Position numbers and translations under genes: made by a program
Shown here: positions 26,930-40,210 of the stretch, one piece after another
Layout of the letters: each line of letters begins with the position of its first letter
Position numbering within the stretch: the stretch's first letter is position 1
The notes under the pieces: generated by a model
The model's database searches: none
Told to the model about the DNA's origin: nothing
The model's input: only the letters and a program-made list of their open reading frames with translations
Source: the human T2T-CHM13v2.0 reference genome, Homo sapiens
DNA: 64,000 bases
Assembly (NCBI RefSeq): GCF_009914755.1
Contig: NC_060944.1
Reading direction: 5' to 3' (one strand)

Positions 26930-28088
26930 TGAAACCAAAAATAAAATTCTAAGCCCCTCAACTGACTGAATGGACCTCCCTCTCAGCCAAGGGGGATTCC
27001 AGAGAAACCTGAAAAACTAATGCAGGCCATGATGGGAGGGGGGATTCAGACATGCTTCATTGTACCCTCTCCCTTTTGGAGTTCAGGGACAATTCTCCAG
27101 CTTTAACCTTAAAACAGAGCTTAAGACTGACAAAACAGATTCTCCTTTTTTTTTTTTTTTTTTTTTTTTTTGAGGCAGGGTCTGCTCTATTGCCCAGGCT
27201 ATGGTTCAATGGCACAACCACAGTTCACTGCTGCTTTGACCTCCTGGGTTCAAGCAATCCTCCTACTTCAGCCTGCCAAGTAGCTGGGACCATGGGCATG
27301 TGCCACCACAACTGGTTAAGTTTTAATTTTTTGTAGAGACAGGATCTCACTACAATGCCAGGGCTAACTCCTTGGGCTTAAGCAATCCTCCCTCCTTGGC
27401 CTCTCAAAGTGTGTGAGCCACTGCACCTGGCCGAAACAGACTCTATGTAGCAATAAGAGACCAAATTCCAACCTGACTCTAGTATAACATCACAGGACAG
27501 ATAAAGAAGGAAATCAAAATGTGTTTCTTTGGCATATTTTAAAATAGCCTTCAAAGCCAACTTTTGTGGGGGAAAATTTGCATCTGTAAAGAATCTCCAT
27601 TAAAATAAGGAGAACTTTCCCTTTCCAGATCCCTCCCAGTCCTAAAGAGATTAACTGAGATTCTAGCTCCTCTTAAAGATCTAAATAGGAAACATTTACC
27701 CCATCAATTGTCTCTAAGGGCAGCCACCTATGAGACTTCATCTACATAATAATAACCTCAGTCTCCACAATCCCTTATCCTTTCCTAGACACTCTGTTCT
27801 ATCGATTTCAGGTCTCTTTAGATAATAACTTAATTCTTTCAACTAATGAATTGCCAATCAGAACTCCCCTCCCTTCAAGTTGTCTCCCTCCTTCAAGTCG
27901 TCCCACCTTTCTGGACCAATGTATACCTCACATGTATCTATTGATACCTTATGTCTCCCTAAAGCATATAAAACCAAGCTGTAACCCAAACATGTTGGGC
28001 ACATTTTCTCAGGACCTCATGAGACTGTGCCTTGGGCCACAGTTATCATATTTGGCTCAGATTGAGAGTTTGGCTTTTTTCATTGACA
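26930..28088 (+). mobile_element. MER4D-like ERV1 solo LTR interrupted by an Alu
   Basis: AAACCAAAAATAAAATTCTAAGCCCC..CTGAATGGAC ... TTTGGCTTTTTTCATTGACA. Confidence 0.85.
27144..27432 (-). mobile_element. AluJ
   Basis: Diverged Alu; TSD AAACAGATTCT/AAACAGACTCT. Confidence 0.93.
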
Positions 28089-28612
28089 CTATGACCACAC
28101 TATAGAAGGGAGACATTCTTGCTTTGGGTTAAAGAGATGCTTCCAAATGGGACATCTCAGGTAACCTTGGAGGGTTTGCAGTGAGCATGGGCCACTGTGG
28201 CCCCACAATGACAGCTGCCTCCCAGGGGAGGAGTGGAGTGTTTCCATTACACTTGAGTGCATCAGTCCACAAACACTTTTGATTTTAGAGAAATTCGATT
28301 TTTTTGTAACATGCAGTCATATTAAACACATATGAGGAATTTTCATCTTGCCTCAGAATCCATGGTAGAACTGGTATCTGAACTTAAAGCCAGACCAATT
28401 TAATGGCTCTGGGTATTATGGCTAAAAAACAAACAAAAACAACAACAAAAACCAAATACCAACAGCAGCAACAACAAATGCTTTTAATTGTACAAAGAGA
28501 AGAACACATCTGAGTGTTTTTAAGTAAGTCACAGACACTATATCTTTCCACCTATAATCATTTAAACATGTATCTGTAACACATTATTTTTAAAACATAA
28601 CCAAAATAATAG

Positions 28613-29057
<445 letters not shown>

Positions 29058-29267
29058 CCTATCCATTTTTAAACGCCATTTATGTGTTGAAGAAATAACA
29101 CATAAATTTGCCCTGTAGTATTTCCCTAATTCTGGATATGGCTGATGATTTCCTTGTCATATGTTGTGACATACTTCTCTATTTCTGTATTTCTCATAAA
29201 TGGTTAGTTAGATATTATGTGATTTTAAGTTAATATCAGGCAACACAATGTTCTTGTACTTAGGGGC

Positions 29268-29682
29268 TACTATGAACTGAAAGTTTGTATCCCCACTAAT
29301 CCCCATCAAATTAATACGTTGAAATCTTAACCCCCAATGTGGTGATATTAGATGGTGGGGCCTTTGGGAGGTGTTTGGGTCATGAGGACCCAGCCCTCAT
29401 GAATTGATTAGTGCCTATATAAAAGAGACACCAAAGAGTTGCCTCATCCTCTCTCTGCTACTTTAGGGACACAAAGAAAAGTCAGCAGTCCCAGAAGAGG
29501 GCTCCCACCAGAATCCTAACATGTTAGCACTCTGCTCTCAGACTTCCAATATCCAGAACCATGAGAAATAAATTTCTGTTGTTCATAAGCCACTCAGTTT
29601 CCAGAACCATGAGAAATAAATTTCTGTTGTTCATAAGCCACCCAGTAGGTGGTACTTTGTTATAGCAGCCCAAACTAAGACA
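29268..29682 (+). mobile_element. MLT1A-type solo LTR with a 48-bp tandem duplication
   Basis: GGTGGGGCCTTTGGGAGGTG ... TATAGCAGCCCAAACTAAGACA; duplicated units start at 29552 and 29600. Confidence 0.88.
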
Positions 29683-30129
29683 AGACAGGGGCTGCCTGGG
29701 AAGGATGCAAGGAAATGAGCATGGCTTTGAGGCTCCACAGAACCCACTCTGCTCAGCTCTGTAATTAGGCTCCACCTGTCACTTGAAGTCAACCATGCCA
29801 TGATTTCTCACTTTATGCTTCTATTCCTCATAGCAAGTGGTGAGTACGCAAGAGGTTACCATGAAGATTTGACATTTGCAAAGCACTGATCTAGCATACA
29901 GTTGGTACTGTATAAACGTTTATTTTTCTTTTCCTCTCTTAGTCTCACATTTCTTGATGGTTAACTGAAATGACTAGAGTGCATGGCCTAAAATTCCTCT
30001 CCAGCTAGGAAATGCCATGACCTTTGCTAGATTTTAGCATCAGGGACTGGGTCAGTCAAATTGGCATGGAAGAAAACCCACTGCTTACACTTTCTTTCCA
30101 ATATAAGAGGCTTAAAAGTTATTTTGAAT

Positions 30130-30287
30130 TATTTTTTCATTCTACAAATGTTCACTTGTCCCCAACTGTGTGCAGAGACATCCCCCTGGGGGCATACAAA
30201 GATAATTGAGACAGTTCTTCCACTCAGTCAGCTCACAGTTTGGGAGTCGGGGAGGAAATGAACATACAAGTTAAAGAAACTATGTTA
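30130..30287 (-). mobile_element. L2 3' fragment (host of the Alu pair; continues after 30931)
   Basis: TTCATTCTACAAATG..ATACAAAGATAATTGAGACAG..GCTCACAGTTTGGG. Confidence 0.65.
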
Positions 30288-30958
<671 letters not shown>

Positions 30959-32446
30959 TAGAAAACAAAGACAACATCAACATTCAGCTTGTGTTTGAGT
31001 AACTCTTCTGTCAGTGGGGGTGGGTTTGGGCTAGTCATGAATTATTAGGAAATACTCAACAGATAGAAATAAGAGATTGGGACCAAAGGACACTGTGTTT
31101 GGGACGAGGCCGGCATACTCTCATTGCCAACCAGGGGAGTTCATGAGAATGCTGCCTCCAAGGCTAGCTTCATAGAAGACAGCATTGAAAAAGTTGGGAA
31201 TGGACAGTTGGGACAGTTGGGATGGGTGCAATGTATGATGATTTGGAGAGTTAGTCAAAGTAAAAAGTTGAGAATACAATGTAAAAGAAAGGAAGAAATC
31301 TATCTCTAAAAGTTCTAAGCAAGCAGAGTAATGAATGTTTCATTTTACACAATTAGCATTTTCTAAGCTTCGCAAAGATAGCGGAGTCAGGATAACCAAG
31401 TTCAGTTACATAAAAAAGAAACATCTGACCTTGACAGGCAGTTTCCTATGTCAAGGTCTTACCATCAATTTTGTTTATAGATTATTGCTTTTCACACATT
31501 GTACAATAAACATACACCTATAAGCACATACAGTTTATACACACCCATACATATATACACATTTATATTAGGGATACTTAATGTTATATTACACATGATA
31601 ATACTAATAGTGTGATAAACTATTAAGTATAGTAAAGCCATAAGTCTATGATATATAAGTACTATATAGCACATTTGTTAAAGAAGACTGGGGTCCTAAA
31701 ATTTTTTAAAATTATGTTTTCTACAGTTCTTAAATCCTCTCAAGCACAGTATTCAAAACTATTATAGATAACTTGAGACAACATCCTGTGCATTTGCACA
31801 GAAGCATCATAATATAATTCTATCACTGACTTTCCCCGAATCAGAAAAGAAAAATCAGAATTTAAAAATGCCATGAAATAACAGGACAATCATCTTAGTG
31901 ACAAATGGTGGACCTCCAAACAGCTGCCTGCCCTCCTTCCATATGAATACACTAAAGAACCCATCTGAAATTATTTCTTGGTATTAAGAAAATACAAGCA
32001 ATGTTCAAATATCAAGAGCTTTTAAGAAAAAGAGAGAATTGCTTATTCCATGATCCATTTCAATGCTTGATACATTTTATTGACACATCATTTAAAAAGG
32101 TATAATTGGATGTGAGATAATTTTATCAGAATGCAATGGTATGTTTAACCAAGATCCCCCTGTGACAATCATCTAGTAAATAAGTAACGTGGATTCATCC
32201 ATTGAGAAATACAACACCCTACACCTCAACCAATGGGTTGGTGCCCAAGTAGCTAACACAAAAATCAGATCACTCGTACTATGGCCCATTCAGAAAATTA
32301 CCAAAATAACTACTACAACCCTCATGAACATGAAATGAGGACTTGAGTATACAGTTGCTAAAAGGGTCTGTGGCTTGTTGTAACTACGAATTTAAATATT
32401 TGGAAGCCCTCTGTAGTGACACCCTACATCCCCGAATCTCCTATAT

Positions 32447-32646
32447 CAGGGGTCAAAAAAATTTCACATAAAGGGCAGATAGTAAATATTTTCAGCTTTG
32501 TGGGCCATTCAGTCTCAGTTGATCACAACTATTCAAGTCATAGAAAATATGTAAATGAATGTGCATGATTGTGTTCTAATAAACTTTATTTACAAAGCAC
32601 AGGGCTGGCTGGATTTGGCCCATCGGCCATACTTGGTTAACCACTG
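32447..32646. mobile_element. MER58A MITE
   Basis: CAGGGGTC..AAAGGGCAGATAGTAAATATTTTCAGCTTTGTGGGCCA; CCTATAT on both flanks. Confidence 0.85.
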
Positions 32647-32928
32647 CCTATATTTTCCTGACTAATTGAAATGAAATTTCTTCTTTAATATGCACTTTCA
32701 CAAAAGAAGAATAAAAGGAAAAAAGAAGCAAAACTCAATAATGTAAATTTGATTCATTTGGGGCAAGTGGGTACCTTATTAATTATTTTTATATTATTTT
32801 ATTGAGGGGATCATAGAAACATGATTTCAAGTGGACTCTAGTTTCTAGGAGTTAGCCACATGCTGAAATTGGGATTAAATGTAACATTCATTAATCTTGA
32901 GTTTGGTGGGAAGTATTTCCTTCTATTC

Positions 32929-33290
32929 TTTTTTTTTTTTTTACTTTAAGTTCTGGGATACATGTGCAGAATGTGCAGGTTTTTTACATAGGTGTACATG
33001 TGCCATGGTGGTTTGCTGCACCTATTAACCCTTCATCTAGGTTTTAAGCCCCACATGCATTAGGTATTTGCACTAATGCTTTCCCTCCCCTTGCCCCCAA
33101 CCCCCGACAGGCCCTGGTGTGTGATGTTCCCCTCCCTGTGTTCATGAGTTCTCATTATTCAACTCCCACTTATGAGTGAGAACATTTGGTGTTTGGTTTT
33201 CTGTTTCTGTGTTAGTTTGCTGAGAATGATGGCTTCTAGCTTCATCCGTGTCCCTGCAAAGGACATAAACTCATTCTTTTTTATGGCTAC
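32929..33290 (-). mobile_element. 5'-truncated L1PA8-like element
   Basis: T tail, then ACTTTAAGTTCTGGGATACATGTGCAGAA and CTAGGTTTTAAGCCCCACATGCATTAGG; TSD ATTTCCTTCTATTC/ATTTCTTTATATTC. Confidence 0.9.
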
Positions 33291-33729
33291 ATTTCTTTAT
33301 ATTCTTAACATTTGCATCCTATTCACAACTTTGGATTTATAACACCAAATTGATTTTCTTATGAGTTAATGGAATGAAAATCATGGTTTCATTGAATGCA
33401 TTTTATAGAATCAGTGCGCGAAATGACAATTTTTCTTGGATATTTGGTTCTAAAATACTGGTCACCTGCATAGTGAATTCTTCCCTAATATCAGCCTGAT
33501 ACAATATGGGAACACAGATCTCTGATTTTACCTCCCATTGCGATTGTGAACAAACTCTTGCAAGGCTAGAACCACCATTATGCACAATTATGATATGGCA
33601 TATAATATAAAGGAGCTGCCTCACTTTGCATTTTACACTTGTTTTAAAAGCCCAGTGAAGGCTGACTCACTTCTGGGTCAACAGGTGAGACTGTCACATG
33701 CTAGGACTAAGTGGTATCCAGTGTAGAAC

Positions 33730-33993
33730 CGCGGTTCTCAAGCAGGGGTGGTTTTGCCCTCCAGGGGACATTTGGCCATGTTTGCCGAACATTGTCTATG
33801 GATACCTTTTTAAAAAATTATTATTACACTTTAAGTTCTAGGGTACATGGATACTTTTGACTATCACAACTAGGGGGATGCTGTTGGCATCTAGTGGGTG
33901 GAGGTCAGGAATGCTGCTAAACATGCTACAATGCACAGGACAGCTCTCACAACAAAGCAGTATCTAACCCCAAATGTCAATTGAGAAATGTTG
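33730..33993. mobile_element. MER20 MITE carrying a roughly 40-bp L1PA 3' tip (33810-33846)
   Basis: GGTTCTCAAGCAGGGGTGGTTTTGCCCTCCAGGGGACATTTGG..GGCATCTAGTGGGTGGAGGTCAGGAATGCTGCTAAACAT. Confidence 0.88.
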
Positions 33994-35587
33994 TCCTTAA
34001 CCACTCTTGAACTTAGTCACCACTGACCCCTGTCCTGGGCCCCAAGCTTCAGAGAGCTCTAGACCTCCTCTAATTATGTGGCTCCCCACGGGGCAAGTAG
34101 TCTGTAGGCCAAGAGGACAGGCCCACCCAGAGCCCACATCTGCTCTTGTAGACCACATCGTGGGTACACAGAAGCCCAGAAATCCTGAGCAGGGCTTGTG
34201 TGGGCCTCTTCCTGCATCTGTCTTTCCTAGGGAAGACCTCTCTGGTACCCTTATGCCCAAAAAGTTACATGCCAGCTGGGGAGAGGGTATATGTACACAA
34301 AGTCCCTCACAGTAGTGGGAACGTTAGGGATGGAGTGGTTCTCAAGCTCCATTTGTAATTTTGGCCGAACCACACAATTGTCTGAAGTGGGCCTGATCAA
34401 TTTATCCTATGGGGGGATTACAGCCCCAGCTCACTTCCCCGCAGGTTTTGGGAGCCTCCACATGGTGGCCAACAGTCTCTTCAAGTTCCAAATGCCCACG
34501 TGCTTCCACACTGATGTGTGTATATGTGTGTATTTTATGGGTGAGAACAGGGTTAGCACATCATGTCAGCCCAAATATTGTCTCAGTCCCAATTGGATTA
34601 ATAGCAATCCAGAGTTATCAGATAAGACTCAAGTCTGCAGAAATCCCCAGATATCTAAAAAACACAGGGGATTTTCAGTGCATCTTGGGCCCAACTGATC
34701 TGGCTCTGGGCTTCTCCTAAAATAGTTCCGGGGATCCTGTTATGGGTCTAAGTTCCAGGGCAGATATTTGCAGAAAGGAATCCGAAGACCTAGCCATGGG
34801 CCCAATTCCCAAGACCGGTGTTCTGTTTGGCCCTGTTCTACATACCACTAAAGAGTCAACACTCTCTATCCCTATGAGAGATGGGCAGTGGGCCACTGTT
34901 TATTACTTCTAGTTTACATTCAAGCATGCACTTGCCAGTTATGAACTGGCTAGCCTGCAGGCATGCCTTGCTGAAAGCAACAGAAATGTTCTGAAAACAC
35001 GACTTGCAACGAATTGTCAGTGGGATCCTATTTAGGTGCAAGAGGGAAGATCAATATCTCGAATCAACTACTTGTTGAATATCTTGGGCCCCTGTACTAA
35101 TTTATCTGGTCTAGATTTTTTTATATAATGTTTGTTTAAGCATGGTACAATAGGGTTGCACAAAGGATATTTAAAAAATACATTTTTAAATCCCCTTAGT
35201 GAACCTAGATATTTAGTTACTTGAAGAAAAGGGTACTAAATACATACAAACACATACACTTAGACAAATGCCTTTAATTCAGAGGTACCGTCTCTTCTAA
35301 AGTAACATTTTCCAGCTGGAAATGCCTTTTGAGACCACCCTGAATTACATTGTAAACTATGAAGTGTGATCAAAATGGTCATTTTTGTTATTACAAAGTA
35401 GTCTCTGAGATTGAGAGGAAATCCATTCTGTATTAAAATCATCATTAATCTGCCCAAATGATCTTTTAAAATATAACTCAAATTATGTCCTGCCCTAGAC
35501 TGTGACCCCTTGTGATCCTATAAGAGGCCAGCCATGGCCTATAGACCAATATCTTTGGCACACCTGCAATCCATGAGCAACATCTGG

Positions 35588-36028
35588 AAATAAGCCAATC
35601 ATAGAGAGCTAAATATACTGCATGATTCCACTTATATGAGGTATCTAAAATAGTAAATTCATAGAATCAAAGAGTGGAATGGCTGTTGCCAGGGGCTGGG
35701 GCTGGGGGCAGGGGAAATGGGGAGTAACTAATGAATGGGCATAAAGTTTCAGTCAAGCAGGATGAATAAGTTCTAGATGAAATCTGTTGTACAACATTGT
35801 ATCTAGAGTCAACAGTAATGTATTGCACACTTAGAAATTTATTAAGAGGGTAGTTCTTGTTAAATATTCTTAGCCCATGAATAAGTTCTGGAAATCTGCT
35901 GGACAATATTGTGCCTATAGATAACAACACTGTATTGTACACTGAGAGATGTAGAGATGTGGATCTTGTGTTAACTGTTCTTACCCCAATTAAAAAAATG
36001 TTTTAAGCTCAAAAAATTAAAATAAAAA
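35588..36028 (+). mobile_element. L1MA/L1MB 3' end with duplicated terminal block
   Basis: CTGCATGATTCCACTTATATGAGGTATCTAAAATAGT; ATGAATAAGTTCT block at 35762 and again at 35877. Confidence 0.82.
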
Positions 36029-36037
36029 TTCTATTCT

Positions 36038-36206
36038 TTGCAGGCAATATGGTCTCTGTTATAGCTGCTCAATTCTGCTATTGCTCTGAAAACAGCCACA
36101 GATAATATGTAAATAGATGGGTATGGCAAACAAATCTTTGCTCACACACACACAGAGAAAGGTGAGTGTGGGATTTAGCCAGTGAACTATAATTTGCCAA
36201 CCCCTG
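36038..36206. mobile_element. MER58A fragment
   Basis: GGTCTCTGTTATAGCTGCTCAATTCTGC..AGCCACAGATAATATGTAAA..TTTGCCAACCCCTG. Confidence 0.75.
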
Positions 36207-38271
36207 GCCTATGGGATAGAGGGTCCTCAGGTGGGATCCTTCATCTTATTTTCCCATGACATTCTATGCTGGACTATAGCCACAACAGTCTTCATGCAAT
36301 GCCAACCATGCCCATCTCTTTCACCAGAGTGTGTGTGTAATCTTGCTGATAGAGTCAATATAACATCATGTGGCAGGAAGTGAAAACAGGAAAAGTTAAT
36401 AAGAAAAGTAAAGAAAAATAATTAGCAAGGAAGAAAGTATTTTAACTTGCCGAAGTGATCCCAAACTCAAAACGTTTAAAAACATCTTTTAAATATTCCC
36501 CCCATCCTCCAACTCTTTTTCCTACTATTAATTCAGAAATCAGACATTCTTTCCAGTAAAGCCTTCTTTTGGGTTTTACTTCATTGAACACCTTCCTAAA
36601 ACTTCAGTTCTCAAATATCATGGAAAAGCTTATTCTGAGTTATATGCTGCTGCTATCACAGAAAAAAAAAAAGAGAGAGAGAGACTAAAAAGTAAAACAA
36701 GAAGAACATTTAATGGAAAATGAAGGGAGGCTGTGGACTTTCTGCTGCTGATGTTATCTTTGCGATATATCTGAAGCCCTTCAATGTGTCTAAGTTTCAC
36801 CTCTGACCTCTCAAGAAAAAAGGCGATTTCAGTTCCTCCCTTGTCTTTATCCTTCCATTCACACAGACAAACCAAAAATATATTTTAGACAACTTGTATT
36901 TTTAGTTCACTTGAAGGTACTAATTCACATTGAATAAGAAGTCATATTTCAGTTTCTACAGTTCTATTAGAATTAGGAAGAACGAGAATGAGGTAATTGG
37001 GTGAATTATTCATGTATGTGACCACAGAGTCACTTTCATACTTGCACTAGCTCCATAAATAAGTGTCACACATCAAAAATGTTAAATTGTTGTGAATTGC
37101 TTTACTATTTTTCATTTAAATAAATAACTATCAATGTTATCTTCCTGTTGGAAAGTCACCTCAGCAGTATAAGAAAGGGTCAAAAAGATTAGTAATAATA
37201 CCTGGAGCTAATTACAACTCTATGATTTCCCTTTTGATAATACTATCTCATGTTAAATTACACATTCTACAAACTTATGTTATACAGTGTCTTCCCATAG
37301 TTTCAGTTCAAAATGAATAATAGTGCTCCCTGAGCAACGACTGTGAACAGCAGTTTCGATCCCTCCTTTGATCTGGAACACTGCACAGATTATCGAGAGG
37401 GTTTCTATTTCTCTGAATCAGGCAGACACTTTGATAATTCAGTTCCCGATGTTAGTACCAACAATTGCAACAAATACTGAGGCATTCAATGTAGAGCCTT
37501 GAGTTAGCAATACAGTTTTAAAACAAAGCAGAAACTTTCTGAAATTAGCCATAATTATAATGCACTGATTATAATGTAATTAAGATAGTATAACAGGCTG
37601 AGGAGCAAGGTAGACATATTTTTGAATGTTCATACATCACCTATGTCTGAAAAAGCACATGGGAAACAATTTGGAGCTCAATATTATTCAAAGGCAGGAA
37701 TGAATGCATGCTTGAGTCTCTCTAATCCCATCATACTAGACTTACACACAACAATTACAGAACAAATAAGGAAATTCCACACTTCGAGGCTTATAGAATA
37801 AATATAACTTATCTGTTGTCTTCAATAGCAGTAATTCCTGGTTCCGGGTCCATTAACCTGTAGGAGTCCAGAGATTAAGCACCTCTGACAGCTCTTTGTC
37901 TTGCTTATCCATTTTGGTCTCATGTTGTCTTTCATTTTGTTCTGAAAATCAAAATTCTTAAGGGGAAACTTCTGTAGATTGTTCCTCAATGACATTACAA
38001 CAATTGAGCTTTGGTTCAACTGGAATATGCTCAACGGCAAAGCTGAGGGAACCGCACTGCTATATATAAACGTAGCTTACCTTCTGTGCTTTGGATATTG
38101 GAACATATTTTTTAATGAGTAATATCCTTTTTCTTCATTATAACTGGGATTTTAGTTCTAAGGGGAAATCACATAAAAAGTAGGTTACCATATATCGTTG
38201 TTCGTGCATACTATATAAAATCAACAATCTTATTCAATCTTATTCTCTAAATATGCAATCAAAATTTTTAA

Positions 38272-38647
<376 letters not shown>

Positions 38648-38957
38648 ATGTCTTCTTAACATAGGTTGTTAAATTAATTAATCTGCCAAAGTGTTAAAAT
38701 CTATGTGGTCTGCATTTCAAAATCGACAATTGATTCCTAATTGTATGACTGACCCTAATTGTATCAGGGAGTGTCTCAAAGCCCTAAATTCATTTATTTC
38801 CTCTTAATTTAAATATATATACATATATTTATATGTATATACACACATACATACATGAAGCACAGAGTACTTTGAAGACAGAGGGATGTTTGTAAAATTC
38901 AAGCCACAAACTGACACAATCTAAAGAAACTACAATCATGTCTATAGATATGAAGTA

Positions 38958-39248
38958 CAGTCATCTCTTGGCATCCACAAGGGATTGGTACCAAAATTCT
39001 CAAATGCTCAAGTCCCTTATATAAAATGGCATAGAATTTGCATATAGCCTACGCACATCCTCCCATATACTTTACATCATCTCTAGATTACTTATAATAT
39101 CTAATACAATGTAAATGCTATATAAATAGTTATTAAACTGTATTTTTTGAATTTATCTTAGTTTGATTGACTTTTTTCTCCCAAACATTTTCCATCCACA
39201 GTTGGTTGAATCTGAGGATACAGAACCCGTAAATACGAGGGCCAACTG
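38958..39248. mobile_element. MER2 (Tigger-derived MITE)
   Basis: TA|CAGTCATCTCTTGGCATCC ... GAGGGCCAACTG|TA; GCTCAAGTCCCTTATATAAAATGG core. Confidence 0.9.
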
Positions 39249-39314
39249 TATACCCAGTCTCAGATTTGCTATTTTAAAACTTCTTTTTACAAGTGTCAGA
39301 TTATATAAACACTT

Positions 39315-40210
39315 GGCCTGTATTCTTCAAAAATATCAATGTCATGAAAGACCAAAAAAGGACAGGTTGATGAAATTGTCCAGATTAAAGCAGACTAAAA
39401 GGATTAAAAAATTAAATAAGAGACCTGAGAACTGTGATGAAGGTGGGAGTGAGAAAAGAAAAAAAAAATGTTTTTTTTTTTTTGAGACACAGTTTTGCTC
39501 TGTCACCCAGGCTGGAGTGCAGAGGCACAATCTCGGTTCACTGCAACTTCCGCTTCCTGGGTTCAAGCAATCTTCCCACCTCAGCCTCCCAAGTAGCTAG
39601 GATTACAAACATGCACCACCATACCCGGCTAATTTTTGTATTTTTAGTAGAAACGGGGTTTCACCATGTTGGCCAGGCTGGTCTCAAACTCCTGACCTCA
39701 AGTGATCCACCCACCTGGGCTTCCCAAAGTGTTGGGATTACAGGTGTGAGCCGTTGCATCTGGCAAAAATTTTTTTAATTAAATAAAATGCCTACTCCTG
39801 TAGTGGATACTGGATGGGGAAGAATATTGCTATGAAAGACATTATTGAAGAAATTAGCAAAATTTGGATATGTATTCTGGATAAGACCATTGCAACCATG
39901 TTAAATTTCCTGATTTTGATCATTGTACTGTAGTTATATTTAAAAATATACATTTGTCTGTGTAGATGCACGCAAAAGGTGACGTCATGGCTTACTCTCA
40001 AATGATTCAGCAAATACATGTGTACATGTCTGTGTGTATGTGTATACACATATATATACACATGTGAAGGACAGACACAGATAAGGGGAAATACAGAGAG
40101 AGACAGAGGGGGAGAAAATGGGCCAAAAAGAACAATTGGTGAATCTAGGTGAAGGATAAAAGAGCATTCATTGTGCTATTCCTAGGACATTGAATTTTTC
40201 AAAATAAAAA
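39315..40210 (+). mobile_element. L1MC/ME 3' fragment split by an Alu
   Basis: TCTTCAAAAATATCAATGTCATGAAAGAC..ATGTTAAATTTCCTGATTTTGATCATTGTACTG..GGTGAATCTAGGTGAAGG. Confidence 0.72.
39471..39764 (-). mobile_element. Alu (AluS)
   Basis: Full reverse dimer. Confidence 0.96.
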
